Part shown: positions 1-13,072 of the stretch, one piece after another
How positions within the stretch are numbered: position 1 is the stretch's first letter
How the letters are laid out: the number at the start of each line of letters is the position of its first letter
Assembly: GCA_045541115.1 (NCBI GenBank)
Contig: JAZQIM010000014.1
Coordinates: 65,832 to 129,831, forward strand
Length of the DNA stretch: 64,000 bases
Direction: 5' to 3'
Source: Candidatus Aphodoplasma sp.
Lineage (GTDB): Bacteria; Bacillota; Clostridia; UBA1381; UMGS1253
The notes under the pieces: model-generated
Databases searched by the model: none
Told to the model about the DNA's origin: nothing
The model's input: only the letters and a program-made list of their open reading frames with translations
Translations under genes and position numbers: made by a program

Positions 1-279
1 ATCTTTTTCAAAGTCAATGTCAGAGCCGTCTGCCTTTTGACATACCATATCGATATGGCCCTGCAGAATAACAGGTTTAGCATTTTTTAGCTCGCCTGTT
101 CCATCTTTATATATAATAACATTTAAAGCTTCATCTTTGATATATCTTAAGTCGTTTGCTTTTGCAAACTCTACACAAAATCCGCTTATTTCTTTCATGT
201 TTCTCGATCCATGCGGGATTTTGCATATTTCTTCAAAAATTTCAAAAACCCTTGAAGTTTTAATGTCTGAATTTTTCAT
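1..279 (-). CDS. pepD: Aminoacyl-histidine dipeptidase (PepD, M20 family). Only the N-terminal 93 codons are present; the gene runs off the left edge.
   Basis: Own minus-strand translation from ATG 279 (GGTGGA upstream) gives MKNSDIKTSRVFEIFEEICKIPHGS...PVILQGHIDMVCQKADGSDIDFEKD. This resembles the PepD N-terminus (IPHxS, QxHxDMV). Confidence 0.7.
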   Translation of the reverse strand, partial: MKNSDIKTSRVFEIFEEICKIPHGSRNMKEISGFCVEFAKANDLRYIKDEALNVIIYKDGTGELKNAKPVILQGHIDMVCQKADGSDIDFEKD

Positions 280-316
280 TTTATCCACCAGCTTTTAGTT
301 TAATTGAATTCTTTTT

Positions 317-1168
317 CTACATAACCGACAAAACAATACCGACAATAATTATAAATGCGCAGGCAAGCTTCCTTATTATGTTCCTTTCCTTATAAATCAG
401 CTTTCCTAATAGTATTGTAACTACAACATCAACCTGTTTTATAATAGTCATCGTTACAACCTGGCTTGATGGATCAGAATTTGCTATAAAAAGCAATCTG
501 TCTCCTATTACAAGAAGAAGGCTAAGCACATATAGCCACGGATTTGTAAATGTCTTTTTTACTTCAAATTTTTCTCTTTTAATAAGCATATACAAAAGAT
601 AAAACACCGATAAAAGAAGCATAAACCAAAATTGCAATGCCGATGATGTAATTTCTCCTGTCGACATTATGTATTTATCAAGAGTACCTGAAACGGAGTT
701 GAAAAAACAACTGAGCAAAATATAAACTATATATTTATAGTTATACTCCTCTTTATTTTCAACCTTATTTTGATTTACAAAATATAAGCCGAGTATAATA
801 AGAAACAAACTCGCAACTGTTTTAACTGTAAGACTTTCATGCAAAAACAATATGCCAAACAAAATCGAGAAAACAACTCTTGACATATCGAACACACCGT
901 AAATGCTTACAGGAACTTTCTTTAGACTTTTAAAGCTTAATATCCATGCAAAAAATACGGCAAGCGATTTTACAATCATCCACACAAAAATTGAGGGCGT
1001 AAAATTAAACGCCCCTTCTGCTGTTAATGCCGATGCTAAAAATCCGATAAATGTATATCCAAATAATGCCGATAAAACGTTTACATCTGCTAGTATAGCC
1101 TTTTTTATAGGCGCTCTTGTACCCTTTATGATACCATATAATAAAACAAATATTACCCAAAGCTCCAT
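317..1168 (-). CDS. EamA/DMT-superfamily membrane transporter
   Basis: 283 aa and about 10 hydrophobic segments arranged as two EamA-like halves. Substrate unknown. Confidence 0.65.
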   Translation of the reverse strand: MELWVIFVLLYGIIKGTRAPIKKAILADVNVLSALFGYTFIGFLASALTAEGAFNFTPSIFVWMIVKSLAVFFAWILSFKSLKKVPVSIYGVFDMSRVVFSILFGILFLHESLTVKTVASLFLIILGLYFVNQNKVENKEEYNYKYIVYILLSCFFNSVSGTLDKYIMSTGEITSSALQFWFMLLLSVFYLLYMLIKREKFEVKKTFTNPWLYVLSLLLVIGDRLLFIANSDPSSQVVTMTIIKQVDVVVTILLGKLIYKERNIIRKLACAFIIIVGIVLSVM

Positions 1169-1204
1169 AAATTTTTCCTCTTTTTGTATGTTATGTCAGG
1201 TGTT

Positions 1205-1473
1205 TTATTTATCTTCTGCCCATTTAGCACTACCCGACATAAGCGTGACATCCTCTGATGTTACGCTTAATAATCCCCTCTCTATATCAAGCACTTTCAT
1301 ATTGCCATCTTCAAATTCTATACGGCATTTGCATGGCTTTACAGAAGTAACAAAGGGTGTATGATTCGCCATAACTGCAAGCTCACCTTCGACACCTCTT
1401 AATGATACACATACAATTTTTTCATCAAACAAATTACCGTCAGGTGTTGTGACAACAAATTTAAAACTTTTCA

Positions 1474-1474
<1 letters not shown>
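1205..1474 (-). CDS. atpC: F1 ATP synthase epsilon subunit, short form (89 aa, N-terminal beta-sandwich only)
   Basis: Last gene of the atp operon, with its start overlapping the atpD stop at 1474. Sequence VVTPDG...VSLRGVEGELAVMANHTPFVT is typical of the epsilon N-domain. Confidence 0.85.
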
Positions 1475-2883
<1,409 letters not shown>

Positions 2884-3687
2884 TTACATACCACTTCCGG
2901 CAACTATTTCTGTGATTTCCTGTGTGATGCTACCTTGTCTTGCGCGATTATATTCAAGTGTAAGATTTTCAATCATCTCCGACGCATTCTTTCCTGCAGA
3001 ATCCATCGCAAATCTTCTTGCCACAACTTCACAAGTAAAGCTCTCTCTTACTGCCTCAAGTATCTTTGAAGCAACATATTCTTCGATAAGCGCCTCAAGT
3101 ATCGTCTTTTCATCAGGTTCAAAAATGATATCCGCCTTAGAGTTAATATCCTTTTTCTCCAAAGGCATTATCCATGTTATCTGAGGCTCCTGAACCATCA
3201 TCGAAGTATATTTCGTTGATACAATTCCAACCTTTTCGTAATTGCCTTCTTTAAAGTCATTGCATAATTTTTTTGCAAGTTCAATCGCCTGTGAATACGA
3301 ATATCCTTCAGCCTTTGTAATCTCCTTTTTATATCGTTCGGATGCTCTCTTGCCGATAGGATAAATATCGTTAAAATCAATTTTTTCAGTCACTTTAAAT
3401 ATGTTTGAGTTATATCCACCCGCAAGTCCGCGGTCACCTGCAATTACGATGAGGCAAATCTTTTTTTCCTCGCCACTTTTCATATATTCGCTTTTCTCGC
3501 ACACTCTCGACGATGAAAGCATATCAATCGTTGTTTGCATAGCGCTCGCGTACTGACGGCTCTTTGTCATCGCATTCGTGGCACCTCTGATTTTTGCAGA
3601 TGCAACAAGCCCCATCGCCTTTGTCAAGTGCAAGGTTGAGTCGACACTTTTTATTCGGTTTTTCAAGCTTTTTGTATCTATACCCAT
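2884..3687 (-). CDS. atpG: F1 ATP synthase gamma subunit
   Basis: 267 aa, located between atpA and atpD. Gamma-type terminal helices (IKSVDST...TKAM at the N-terminus, ARQGSITQEITEIVAG at the C-terminus). Confidence 0.9.
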   Translation of the reverse strand: MGIDTKSLKNRIKSVDSTLHLTKAMGLVASAKIRGATNAMTKSRQYASAMQTTIDMLSSSRVCEKSEYMKSGEEKKICLIVIAGDRGLAGGYNSNIFKVTEKIDFNDIYPIGKRASERYKKEITKAEGYSYSQAIELAKKLCNDFKEGNYEKVGIVSTKYTSMMVQEPQITWIMPLEKKDINSKADIIFEPDEKTILEALIEEYVASKILEAVRESFTCEVVARRFAMDSAGKNASEMIENLTLEYNRARQGSITQEITEIVAGSGM

Positions 3688-3697
3688 AGTATCACTC

Positions 3698-5185
3698 CTA
3701 CATCTCGCAAAGAGCTTGTTTTAGTGTTTTGACATCTTCATCATCAAAGAAATTATCTTCAATTCTCTTTAGCCATGCTTCATACTTTCTCTCAAGTAAA
3801 TCGTATAATTTCTGCTCATAATCCGAAACCTTGTCTACTGCTATATCATTAAGGTATCCGTTAACAACAGCATAAACGATTGCCACCTGACATCCAACTC
3901 GAACAGGCGCATTTTTCTTTTGCTTTAACACTTCAACGATTCTTTCGCCAAGTGCAAGACGCTTTTTCGTATCTTCATCAAGGTCACTTCCAAACTGTGC
4001 AAACGACTGTAGCTCACGGTATTGTGCATACAAGAGCTTAAGTTCGCCCGATACTTTCTTCATCGCCTTAAGCTGCGCAGAACCACCAACACGACTTACA
4101 GATATACCGGGGTTTATTGCCGGCATAATACCTGCGTGGAAAAGCTCTGTTTCAAGGAAAATTTGTCCGTCAGTTATCGATATAACATTAGTCGGAATAT
4201 ACGCCGACACATCGCCCGCCTGTGTTTCGATTACAGGAAGTGCAGTTATCGAGCCGCCACCATATTCCGGTGCAACACACGCCGCTCTTTCAAGCAATCT
4301 TGAGTGAAGGTAAAATACATCGCCGGGATATGCTTCCCTTCCGGGCGGACGACGAATAAGTAGTGAAAGCGCACGATATGCAATCGCATGCTTTGACAAA
4401 TCGTCATAAATTATAAGAACGTCTTTGCCTTGTTCTCTGAAATACTCTGCCATAGCACATCCTGAATATGGCGCAATATACTGTATTGGCGCAGTTTCAG
4501 AGGCCGATGCAGATACTATGATTGTATACTCCATTGCTCCGGCTTTTTCAAGGTCATTTGCAAGCTGTGCAACCGCCGTATTCTTCTGTCCGATTGCAAC
4601 ATATATGCATATAACATCTGTATTTTTCTGATTTATAATTGTATCTATTACTATCTCTGTTTTACCTGTCTGTCTATCACCTATAATAAGCTCTCTTTGT
4701 CCTCTGCCAATCGGAATCATACTGTCAATAGCTTTGATTCCTGTTTGCAGCGGAACAGATACGCTCTTTCTTTCGATTATTCCGGGGGCTTCCGATTCAA
4801 TAGGTCTTGTCTGTGTTGTTTCAACAGGTCCTTTTCCATCTATAGGATTTCCAAGCGCACCTACAACTCTGCCTATTAACTGCTCACCAACCGGCACAGA
4901 AACAACCTTTCCTGTGCGATAAACTTTTGAACCTTCGTGTATATCGTCTGAATCAGACAAAAGTGCAACGGAAACTGTTTCATCTTCAAGATTTTGCGCC
5001 ATACCGATACTGCCGTTTTCAAACTCCAAAAGCTCGCTTGCCATACATGAACGAAGTCCATATACCTTTGCAATACCGTCGCCAACTAAAATGACACTGC
5101 CTGTTTCCTGCATCTCCATTTTCGACTCATAATTTTTAATTTGTTCTTTTATAATCTGGCTGATTTCATCAGGTCTTATATTCAT
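3698..5185 (-). CDS. atpA: F1 ATP synthase alpha subunit
   Basis: 495 aa. Walker A GDRQTGKT; alpha-type sequence throughout. Confidence 0.97.
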   Translation of the reverse strand: MNIRPDEISQIIKEQIKNYESKMEMQETGSVILVGDGIAKVYGLRSCMASELLEFENGSIGMAQNLEDETVSVALLSDSDDIHEGSKVYRTGKVVSVPVGEQLIGRVVGALGNPIDGKGPVETTQTRPIESEAPGIIERKSVSVPLQTGIKAIDSMIPIGRGQRELIIGDRQTGKTEIVIDTIINQKNTDVICIYVAIGQKNTAVAQLANDLEKAGAMEYTIIVSASASETAPIQYIAPYSGCAMAEYFREQGKDVLIIYDDLSKHAIAYRALSLLIRRPPGREAYPGDVFYLHSRLLERAACVAPEYGGGSITALPVIETQAGDVSAYIPTNVISITDGQIFLETELFHAGIMPAINPGISVSRVGGSAQLKAMKKVSGELKLLYAQYRELQSFAQFGSDLDEDTKKRLALGERIVEVLKQKKNAPVRVGCQVAIVYAVVNGYLNDIAVDKVSDYEQKLYDLLERKYEAWLKRIEDNFFDDEDVKTLKQALCEM

Positions 5186-5721
5186 TTTCGTATCACATCC
5201 TTTACATTCTTAAGATGCTCTTTTATGCTTGCGTTAACTGTTTTGCCATCAATTTCGATAATAAGACCGCCAAGTATTGTCTCATCTACTTCGCATTTTA
5301 GCATAACAGTTCGTCCGCTCATTTTTTCTAACTTATCTTTTAAAGCTGTTTTTTCTTCTTCTCTTAATTCTACAGCGCTTATTACCTTTGCACATGACAT
5401 CTTCTTTATTTCATTTAGAAGTTTTTTATATTCCTCCACACATAAATCAAATTCCTTGATATATCTTCTTTCACATAAAAGCTTAACAAAAGACAAAACA
5501 TGTGTGGGCACATTATCCGAAAAGGCATTGTCGAGCACATGGCATCTTTCACTTAAAGGTATTCCGGGCGATGACAGAAGCTGCAGATACTGCGGATTTT
5601 CGCTAAAAATATCATTTAACAAGTCAAGCGATTTTGCATACTCCTGCTCTTTGTCATTTTCCATCGCCAATGCAAACAAGGCCTTCGCATATTCTTTAAC
5701 TACATCACTCATTTTCATCAC
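5182..5721 (-). CDS. atpH: F1 ATP synthase delta (OSCP) subunit
   Basis: 179 aa helical protein in the expected operon position between atpF and atpA; start and stop overlap the neighbouring genes. Confidence 0.85.
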   Translation of the reverse strand: MMKMSDVVKEYAKALFALAMENDKEQEYAKSLDLLNDIFSENPQYLQLLSSPGIPLSERCHVLDNAFSDNVPTHVLSFVKLLCERRYIKEFDLCVEEYKKLLNEIKKMSCAKVISAVELREEEKTALKDKLEKMSGRTVMLKCEVDETILGGLIIEIDGKTVNASIKEHLKNVKDVIRK

Positions 5722-6220
5722 CTATCTTCTGAATAACTGAATCAATAAGTTCACGATGGTCATCAGCATTTATTTCTCTTTCCAAAATTTTATTTGCAAG
5801 TGCCGTAGAAACCTCAACAATTTCATTCTTGATTTCTTCTTTTGCCTTTTTCTTTTCATAGACAATCTGATTTTCAGCCTGACGCATAATAACATCGGCT
5901 TGCTCTTTTGCCTTTGAAACGATTAGCTCGCCTTGTCTTTTCGCGCTTTCCTGGGCATCTTTAATCATTTCATCAGTTTCGCTTTTAACTGTGCTGATTT
6001 TTTCGTCCCACAAGACTCTATTTTCCTGTGCAATACGCTTCGCTTCGTCTGCATCGGCATATTTTGCATCAAGCTCTTTTTGTCTGTTTGAAAGCATTTT
6101 GTTGACAGGCTTAAAAAGAAATTTCTTTACGAGAAGAAATAATATCAATAAATTTAATAACGAAATCACTATCTGCCATATGTTGACAGAAATAACTTCT
6201 AACGATTGCATAGTCTTCAC
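5705..6220 (-). CDS. atpF: Fo ATP synthase b subunit
   Basis: 171 aa with a single N-terminal TM helix followed by a long charged coiled helix; expected operon position. Confidence 0.85.
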   Translation of the reverse strand: MKTMQSLEVISVNIWQIVISLLNLLILFLLVKKFLFKPVNKMLSNRQKELDAKYADADEAKRIAQENRVLWDEKISTVKSETDEMIKDAQESAKRQGELIVSKAKEQADVIMRQAENQIVYEKKKAKEEIKNEIVEVSTALANKILEREINADDHRELIDSVIQKIGDENE

Positions 6221-6302
6221 TCTCCGGGATGACAGATACGTTAATAATCATAAATTACACTACGTTCTGTTTATTTAAAATTCTACTGTGAAAATAGTTA
6301 TC

Positions 6303-6599
<297 letters not shown>

Positions 6600-6607
6600 C
6601 TAAAATA

Positions 6608-7486
6608 TTACGCCTTTGCGCGTTTTTTTCTTTTCATATACAATTCGTAAGGAAATCCCCCCGAAATATACATCATTGTAAGCATTGCAAAAATGTATGC
6701 CTGTAAGCATCCGCTGAATATATCAAAATATATTGATAAAATCGCAGGAAGTCCAATTTGCAAAAACGGTATATCGCCCAAAAATCCAGGCAGTACAGAG
6801 AAAATCATATTTGACAATCCGCCAAGCCCCGCCGCAACAAGCACCGATATAACAGAGCCCGAAAGCACGTTTCCGTAATGACGAAATGCCATTGAAATAG
6901 GCGTCGCTATTTCGCTTATTACGTTAAGCGGTGCCATCAAAACAGGATTCGCAAAGCTTTTCACATACTCTATCGGACCGCACTTCATTTTATAATATGT
7001 TATTAAAATAAACACAAGTATTGCCCACCCTGCGACGATGTTTAGGTCAGATGTCGGCGGATATAAGCCGAACAGAGTTACAAGACTTGAAAATGCAGAA
7101 AGAGCAATAATTGAAGCAATAAACGGCGAGAAAAACGAAAAATATTCTCCCATATTTCCTATAACCATTTTATTACACATTTCAACTATCATCTCTGCAA
7201 AATGATGTCTTTTAAGCCAAACACCCGATTTTATTCCGTGCACAAGGTATAAACATAAAAATGTAACCGAGATTATTACCATAAGTGAGTTTACCTGCGA
7301 TTCTGTAATCGGCAAATCCTGTATCGGCAATTTAATCGTGAAAAATATAAGTGCCCCCGAAATACTTATTCCTTCCTTTGCAGGCGTTGTCAACACCTTA
7401 AGCAATATGCTAAAACAAATCGGGACAAACATCATCACAATATAAATAATATCTATTATTTTAAATTTTATATTTAATTGTTTCAC
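6608..7486 (-). CDS. atpB: Fo ATP synthase a subunit
   Basis: 292 aa polytopic protein. The conserved stator Arg lies in the context SMAFRHYGNVLSG. Expected operon position. Confidence 0.9.
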   Translation of the reverse strand: MKQLNIKFKIIDIIYIVMMFVPICFSILLKVLTTPAKEGISISGALIFFTIKLPIQDLPITESQVNSLMVIISVTFLCLYLVHGIKSGVWLKRHHFAEMIVEMCNKMVIGNMGEYFSFFSPFIASIIALSAFSSLVTLFGLYPPTSDLNIVAGWAILVFILITYYKMKCGPIEYVKSFANPVLMAPLNVISEIATPISMAFRHYGNVLSGSVISVLVAAGLGGLSNMIFSVLPGFLGDIPFLQIGLPAILSIYFDIFSGCLQAYIFAMLTMMYISGGFPYELYMKRKKRAKA

Positions 7487-7905
7487 TCTTTCATCCCCTC
7501 CTGCTCATTCTCCTTATCTTTCCATAGTGGGCGAATCATAATTGCAAGTCTCGGGAAAAACATAGGTACTAAAAGCGATATTGTATTAAACCATGACAAA
7601 AGTACACAAGCACCTATGATTATAAACATCGCAAAATTTCTTGCGCTCTGAGACAGCTTTATTATCTTTTTTGCATCTGATTCATCTTTTGTTAATGCTT
7701 TTTGTATTGTTATGCCCATAAATAAAAAGTTTAAGACACCAACGATTGCAGAAACAATATTTCCAAGCAAAACAGTGTAATTCCACTTATTATATACAAC
7801 AAAAACTATATTCATCAAGATGCTTAAAACGATAACAACGTATGATATATATTTTGTTTCCTTTAATACAGTTTTATCAATACTATTCATAAAACTTTCT
7901 CCCAA
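7483..7905 (-). CDS. atpI: AtpI/AtpZ-like small membrane protein (ATP synthase protein I)
   Basis: 140 aa, four hydrophobic segments, first gene of the operon, overlapping the atpB start. Confidence 0.55.
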   Translation of the reverse strand: MGESFMNSIDKTVLKETKYISYVVIVLSILMNIVFVVYNKWNYTVLLGNIVSAIVGVLNFLFMGITIQKALTKDESDAKKIIKLSQSARNFAMFIIIGACVLLSWFNTISLLVPMFFPRLAIMIRPLWKDKENEQEGMKE

Positions 7906-8058
7906 AAATCAACATTAGAATTATTCTACCATAAATACTACTTTTTAGCAATACCTAAACAGCCATTATTTGTTATAAATTTAAAAAATTTTTATTTAAA
8001 TAACATAAATATAAATGACGAACACACCATTTAAGTATGTTCGTCAATAAAAATATTA

Positions 8059-9420
8059 TTATCTCTCGTCAAGCGATATATAATCACTGTGCTTCATAAC
8101 ATTTTTGTATGCCGGGCGAATAATTTTCCCCGCATTAACAAGCTCTTCTAGGCGGTGTGCACTCCATCCTACAATTCTTGCTATTGCAAAAATAGGTGTG
8201 TATAATTCAAGCGGTAAATTAAGCATGCTGTACACAAAACCGCTGTAAAAATCGACATTTGCACTCACACCCTTGTATATCTTACGTTTTTTTGCAATAA
8301 CGTCGACTGCAACTTTTTCAATATTTGCATAGAGTCGATACTCTTTTTCGCGGCCTTTTTCCTTTGCAAGACTTTCCACAAAACCTTTAAATACATTTGC
8401 ACGCGGATCTGAAATCGAATAAACCGCATGTCCCATACCGTAAATCAATCCTGCACCATCAAAAGCTTTTTTGTCAAGTATATCGCCCAAATATTTTCCA
8501 AGCTCTTCTTCATCATCCCAATCGGACACATTTTTCATTATATCCTCTACCATTTTTACGACCTTGATGTTTGCCCCGCCATGTTTTGGTCCTTTTAATG
8601 AACCTAGCGCAGCTGCAATTGCCGAATAAGTATCTGTGCCGGAAGATGATACAACACGTGTTGTAAATGTAGAGTTATTTCCGCCACCATGTTCTGCATG
8701 AAGCACAAGCGCAATGTCGAGTATTTTCGCCTCAAGCTCTGTATAATTGCAGTCCGGTCGAAGTATGCGAAGTATGTTTTCCGCCGTGGAAAGCTCCGGG
8801 CTCGGAGAATGAATAAACAAGCTCTGTCCATCATGATAATGAACGTACGCCTGATAACCATACACCGCCAAAAGCGGAAATAGTGCAATAAGCTGCAGTG
8901 ACTGCCTAAGCACATTCGGCAGCGATATGTCGTTTGCATTTTCATCATACGAATAAAGCGTAAGCACACTTCTTGCAAGTGTGTTCATCATGTCCGAGCT
9001 CGGCGCTTTCATTATTATGTCACGCACAAAGCTCGTAGGAAGCGTCCTGTAATCATTTAGCAAAACACAAAAATCATTGAGCTCTTTTTTACTCGGAAGC
9101 TCTCCAAACAATAAAAGGTATGCCGTTTCTTCAAATCCAAATCGTTCTTCCTTTATAAAGCCCGAAACAATTTGCTCTATATCGATTCCTCTGTAAAAAA
9201 GCTTTCCTTCGCATGGTATCATATCATTGTCAACGACAGTATATGAACGCACCTCGGATATGTCTGTAAGACCTGTCAAAACGCCTTTTCCGTTTATATC
9301 TCTAAGGCCTCTTTTTACCTCGTACTTACTATATAATTCAGTATCTATTGTGCTGTTTTGTATGCATTTGTCCATCAAACTGACAATTTGCGGTGTTATT
9401 TCACTAAATTTTTTTGCCAT
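8059..9420 (-). CDS. Citrate synthase
   Basis: 453 aa. Citrate synthase family blocks GPKHGGAN, GMGHAVYSISDPR and NVDFYSG. Confidence 0.88.
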   Translation of the reverse strand: MAKKFSEITPQIVSLMDKCIQNSTIDTELYSKYEVKRGLRDINGKGVLTGLTDISEVRSYTVVDNDMIPCEGKLFYRGIDIEQIVSGFIKEERFGFEETAYLLLFGELPSKKELNDFCVLLNDYRTLPTSFVRDIIMKAPSSDMMNTLARSVLTLYSYDENANDISLPNVLRQSLQLIALFPLLAVYGYQAYVHYHDGQSLFIHSPSPELSTAENILRILRPDCNYTELEAKILDIALVLHAEHGGGNNSTFTTRVVSSSGTDTYSAIAAALGSLKGPKHGGANIKVVKMVEDIMKNVSDWDDEEELGKYLGDILDKKAFDGAGLIYGMGHAVYSISDPRANVFKGFVESLAKEKGREKEYRLYANIEKVAVDVIAKKRKIYKGVSANVDFYSGFVYSMLNLPLELYTPIFAIARIVGWSAHRLEELVNAGKIIRPAYKNVMKHSDYISLDER

Positions 9421-9491
9421 CTGCCATACCTCCTAATACTTTGTATCAACTTCAATAAGTTATGTATGCCCAAACAAATCCATTTTTAAAC

Positions 9492-10310
9492 TCATAAAAA
9501 TCTGACGCTTATTTCTCCGCTGCTTATTTTTTCACATTGTCCTTCTTCGTTTTTTATTACGAGTGCACCAAAATCATCTATATCGCAAACAAAGACTTCG
9601 CGCTCTTTGCCGGCACAAATAGCCTTAACCTTTTTGCCAATAACACACGAACGCTTCTTGTACTCATCCATTATACCTTTTATATTGTCTGCGCATATAT
9701 CGGCATATACCTTTTCAAATTCATTTAAAACCTGCGCTATAAGAAAGGCTCTGTCAATTTGTATGTCAGTATTCATCAAAAGCGATGTCGCAATGTCTTT
9801 TATGTCAGGCGGAAACGCATCGTTTGTAACATTTATGCCGACACCTAAAATAATATAATCAACGCTGCCCACATTATTGCTGATTGTTTCTGCAAGTATA
9901 CCACATAGCTTTCTTTTGTTTAAATATATATCGTTTACCCATTTGATCTCAGTCTTCGTATGCGCCACAGAATCTATCGCACGGCAAAGTGCAACCGATG
10001 TAGCGGCAGTTATCAACAATATACGCTCAATATCAAATTCAGGTCGCAAAATGATACTTAAATACACCCCGGCATCTGATGGAGAATAAAAACTTCTTCC
10101 AAGCCTTCCACGTCCGAATGTTTGCTTTTTTGCAATCACAACACTTCCGTGTGGCGCATCATTTTTTGCGAGCATTTTTGCGTAGTTATTCGTCGAGTCA
10201 ACACTGTCAAGAATATGAATATCACAAGAAAAAATTTTTCCGGACAAATACTTAATTATATTCTCTTTTGAAATATTATTGCTTGCTTTCATAAATGACA
10301 TAGCCCCCAA
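9492..10310 (-). CDS. birA: Biotin--[acetyl-CoA-carboxylase] ligase, group I (no N-terminal HTH)
   Basis: BPL signature GRGRLGRSFYSP and KWVNDIY. At about 260-272 aa it is too short for a repressor domain. Confidence 0.8.
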   Translation of the reverse strand: MGAMSFMKASNNISKENIIKYLSGKIFSCDIHILDSVDSTNNYAKMLAKNDAPHGSVVIAKKQTFGRGRLGRSFYSPSDAGVYLSIILRPEFDIERILLITAATSVALCRAIDSVAHTKTEIKWVNDIYLNKRKLCGILAETISNNVGSVDYIILGVGINVTNDAFPPDIKDIATSLLMNTDIQIDRAFLIAQVLNEFEKVYADICADNIKGIMDEYKKRSCVIGKKVKAICAGKEREVFVCDIDDFGALVIKNEEGQCEKISSGEISVRFL

Positions 10311-10313
10311 ATT

Positions 10314-11408
10314 TTATACATTAAATCTAAACAGCACTATGTCGCCGTCCTTCATCACGTATTCCTTGCCTTCCGAGCGCACAAGACCTTTTTCTTTTGC
10401 CGCAGTCATTGTGCCGCAATCTATTAAGTCATTATACGCAACAACCTCTGCGCGGATAAACCCTTTTTCAAAATCAGTATGAATCTTTCCGGCAGCCTGC
10501 GGTGCTTTTGTTCCGTTAACAATTGTCCATGCTCTTACTTCAGGTTCGCCTGCTGTAAGATAGCTTATAAGGCCCAAAAGTTTATAACTCGCCTTTACTA
10601 TCTTATCGAGTCCCGATTCATCCATGCCCATTTCGCTTAGGAATTCTCTTTTTTCTTCTGCGTCAAGTTCAGATATCTCTTCTTCAATTCGTGCAGAAAT
10701 CGCGATAACTTCTGATTTTTCTGTGGCGGCAAATTTCTCCACTTCATTTACGAGTGCATTTTTATCAATTCCTGACGCAAAATCATCTTCAGATACGTTT
10801 GCAACATATAAAACAGGCTTCATCGTAAGAAGTGCAACTTCCTTCATCATTTCTGCTTGCTCATCGCTAAAATTATACGCACGGGCAGGTTTTCCGTCTT
10901 CAAGCACCTTCTTTACTTCCTCAAGTAAATCAAGCTCTACCTGAAACTTTTTATCTCCCTTAAGCGCTTTTTTAACTCTGTCAATACGGCGTTCAAGCAT
11001 TTCTATATCGGCAAATATAAGCTCAAGATTTATCGTTTCAATATCACGAAGCGGTCCTATGCTTCCATCGACATGCACAATGTTTGAATCCTCAAAGCAG
11101 CGCACAACATGCACGATAGCATCAACCTCACGGATATGTGACAAAAACTTATTGCCAAGTCCTTCACCACGACTTGCTCCTTTAACAAGTCCAGCTATAT
11201 CAACAAATTCAATAATTGCCGGTGTAACCTTCTTCGGATTATACATCTGTGCCAATTTGTCAAGGCGTTCATCGGGCACGCTTACTATTCCTACATTAGG
11301 CTCAATCGTACAAAACGGATAGTTCGCCGACTCTGCACCCGCCTGTGTTATCGCATTAAATAATGTTGATTTACCTACGTTTGGTAATCCCACTATACCA
11401 AGTTTCAT
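10314..11408 (-). CDS. ychF: Redox-regulated ATPase YchF
   Basis: 364 aa. G1 motif GLPNVGKST and the YchF-specific C-terminal TGS-like region (GKEYVMKDGDIVLFRFNV). Confidence 0.95.
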   Translation of the reverse strand: MKLGIVGLPNVGKSTLFNAITQAGAESANYPFCTIEPNVGIVSVPDERLDKLAQMYNPKKVTPAIIEFVDIAGLVKGASRGEGLGNKFLSHIREVDAIVHVVRCFEDSNIVHVDGSIGPLRDIETINLELIFADIEMLERRIDRVKKALKGDKKFQVELDLLEEVKKVLEDGKPARAYNFSDEQAEMMKEVALLTMKPVLYVANVSEDDFASGIDKNALVNEVEKFAATEKSEVIAISARIEEEISELDAEEKREFLSEMGMDESGLDKIVKASYKLLGLISYLTAGEPEVRAWTIVNGTKAPQAAGKIHTDFEKGFIRAEVVAYNDLIDCGTMTAAKEKGLVRSEGKEYVMKDGDIVLFRFNV

Positions 11409-11702
11409 AATATTTTTTCTCCTTTTTATCCATCTGTTTCAAATGCATTTTCATACGTGTCAATTATAGCACATCAAATTTGACTTATCAATAGAAAACT
11501 GCCAATTTTTGTTTTTCAAACCCAAAACAAAAAAAGCTCGACAAAATTTAATTAAACCAAGCTTTTTAATTTGATTATTTAAAGAATTTTTGTTAGAATA
11601 TAGTAGAATAATATTTTTATAAAATGTATTACTTTTAAAGAGCGTTTTAAAAATATATTTTTGTATATTTTACTTCTTCGTTTAGGCTTTAAGGAGGCAA
11701 CA

Positions 11703-13070
11703 ATGACTTTTTCAGAATCAATTAAAGATAAAAAATTTTTAAAATGGATGTTTACTTTGTCACTGCCGATAGCAGGACAAAACCTTATAAATGCATCGAT
11801 TAACACAGCTGACACAATAATGGTCGGTCAGCTCGGCGAAGTATCTATTGCCGCAGTCGGCCTTGCAAATCAAATTTTTTTCATGCTGTCACTTATACTC
11901 TTTGGCGTATGCAGCGGATGTAATGTGTTCGTTGCACAGTTCTGGGGAAAAAAAGATACCACAAACATTCGAAAAACAATAGCACTGTCTACATGGTTAT
12001 CTATTATTCCCTGTGTAATATTCACATGCCTTGCGATATTTGCGCCGGAATTTCTGATGCGCATTTTTTCCAGCGATACAAAGGTAATAGCCGACGGATG
12101 TGACTACCTTCGCATTATCGCCCTAAGCTATATCCCCTACGGAATTTCACTTACAATAAGCGGCTCCGTACGCACAATTGAGCGCCCGACGCTGCCACTT
12201 GTAGTTTCTATTATTTCACTTTTTACAAACACATTTTTAAATTATGTGCTTATTTTCGGAAAATTCGGTGTGAGCGCACTTGGAATCAAAGGTGCGGCTC
12301 TTGCCACAACAATTACACGTATATTAGAGCTTATCATCGTTGTCAGTGCGCTATATATACGTTTTAAAAACATTTCGCTTCGCCCAAAGGATTTTATACG
12401 TTGCCTGTCACCACAGTTTATAAAGCCGTTTATGCGTTCTGTAACGCCCGTAATTATAAACGAATCCACATGGGGCATAGGTGTTGCGCTTTATTCTGTC
12501 GTTTACTCTAAAATGGGAACAGGCGTTGTAGCAGCGATGAATATCAACAACGTCTTTGACAACCTTTTCCGCGCTTTGTTCTTCGGCATGGGTTATGCCG
12601 CAGGCGCAATCGTCGGCAAAACTATTGGCGAAGGAAAAGATGAGCTTGCGCTTGATTATGGAAAACGATTTAATATTATTACACCAATTTTTAGCATCGT
12701 CTTCACTGTAATCATTATCTGCTTTGCTCCGGCTATAAAATATATTTACAACGTATCTGATGATGTAATGTACAGCGCGATGATGCTTATTGTCGTATCA
12801 GGCTTATATGCACCACTTCGGAACGGAACTCTCGTACAAATGGTCGGCGTACTGCGAAGTGGCGGCGATACAAAATTCACACTTTTTTTAGACCTTGCGG
12901 GCGTGTGGGCAATCGCTCTGCCGTTCGGCGCATTATTTGGCCTTGTTTTTAAATTTAATATAATAGTCGTTCACGCCATAATGCTATCTGAAGAGTTGTT
13001 CAAATATATTCTCATCACAAAACGCGTATTTAGCGGCAAATGGGTAAGCAATCTTGTGCGAAACATGTAA
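11703..13070 (+). CDS. MATE family efflux transporter
   Basis: Twelve hydrophobic segments, MatE-like N-terminus (LPIAGQNLINASINTADTIMVGQLG). I moved the start to ATG 11703, which sits behind AAGGAGG; the ORF track begins at 11661. Confidence 0.85.
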   Translation: MTFSESIKDKKFLKWMFTLSLPIAGQNLINASINTADTIMVGQLGEVSIAAVGLANQIFFMLSLILFGVCSGCNVFVAQFWGKKDTTNIRKTIALSTWLSIIPCVIFTCLAIFAPEFLMRIFSSDTKVIADGCDYLRIIALSYIPYGISLTISGSVRTIERPTLPLVVSIISLFTNTFLNYVLIFGKFGVSALGIKGAALATTITRILELIIVVSALYIRFKNISLRPKDFIRCLSPQFIKPFMRSVTPVIINESTWGIGVALYSVVYSKMGTGVVAAMNINNVFDNLFRALFFGMGYAAGAIVGKTIGEGKDELALDYGKRFNIITPIFSIVFTVIIICFAPAIKYIYNVSDDVMYSAMMLIVVSGLYAPLRNGTLVQMVGVLRSGGDTKFTLFLDLAGVWAIALPFGALFGLVFKFNIIVVHAIMLSEELFKYILITKRVFSGKWVSNLVRNM

Positions 13071-13072
13071 TA

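Noticed and set aside
5141-5740. Long antisense or out-of-frame ORFs overlapping strong CDSs. Examples are 903-1364, 2114-2533, 2711-3184, 5141-5740, 8604-8978, 21725-22243, 29041-29562, 43423-43902 and 58765-59169, among many others in the track.
   Set aside because: Each is fully embedded in a well-supported conserved gene, shows low-complexity or Ser/Phe/Ile-rich shadow-frame composition, and lacks an RBS.
11579-11815. A 78-aa minus-strand ORF in the ychF/MATE divergent intergenic region.
   Set aside because: It overlaps the MATE start and promoter region, has AT-rich low-complexity sequence and has no RBS.
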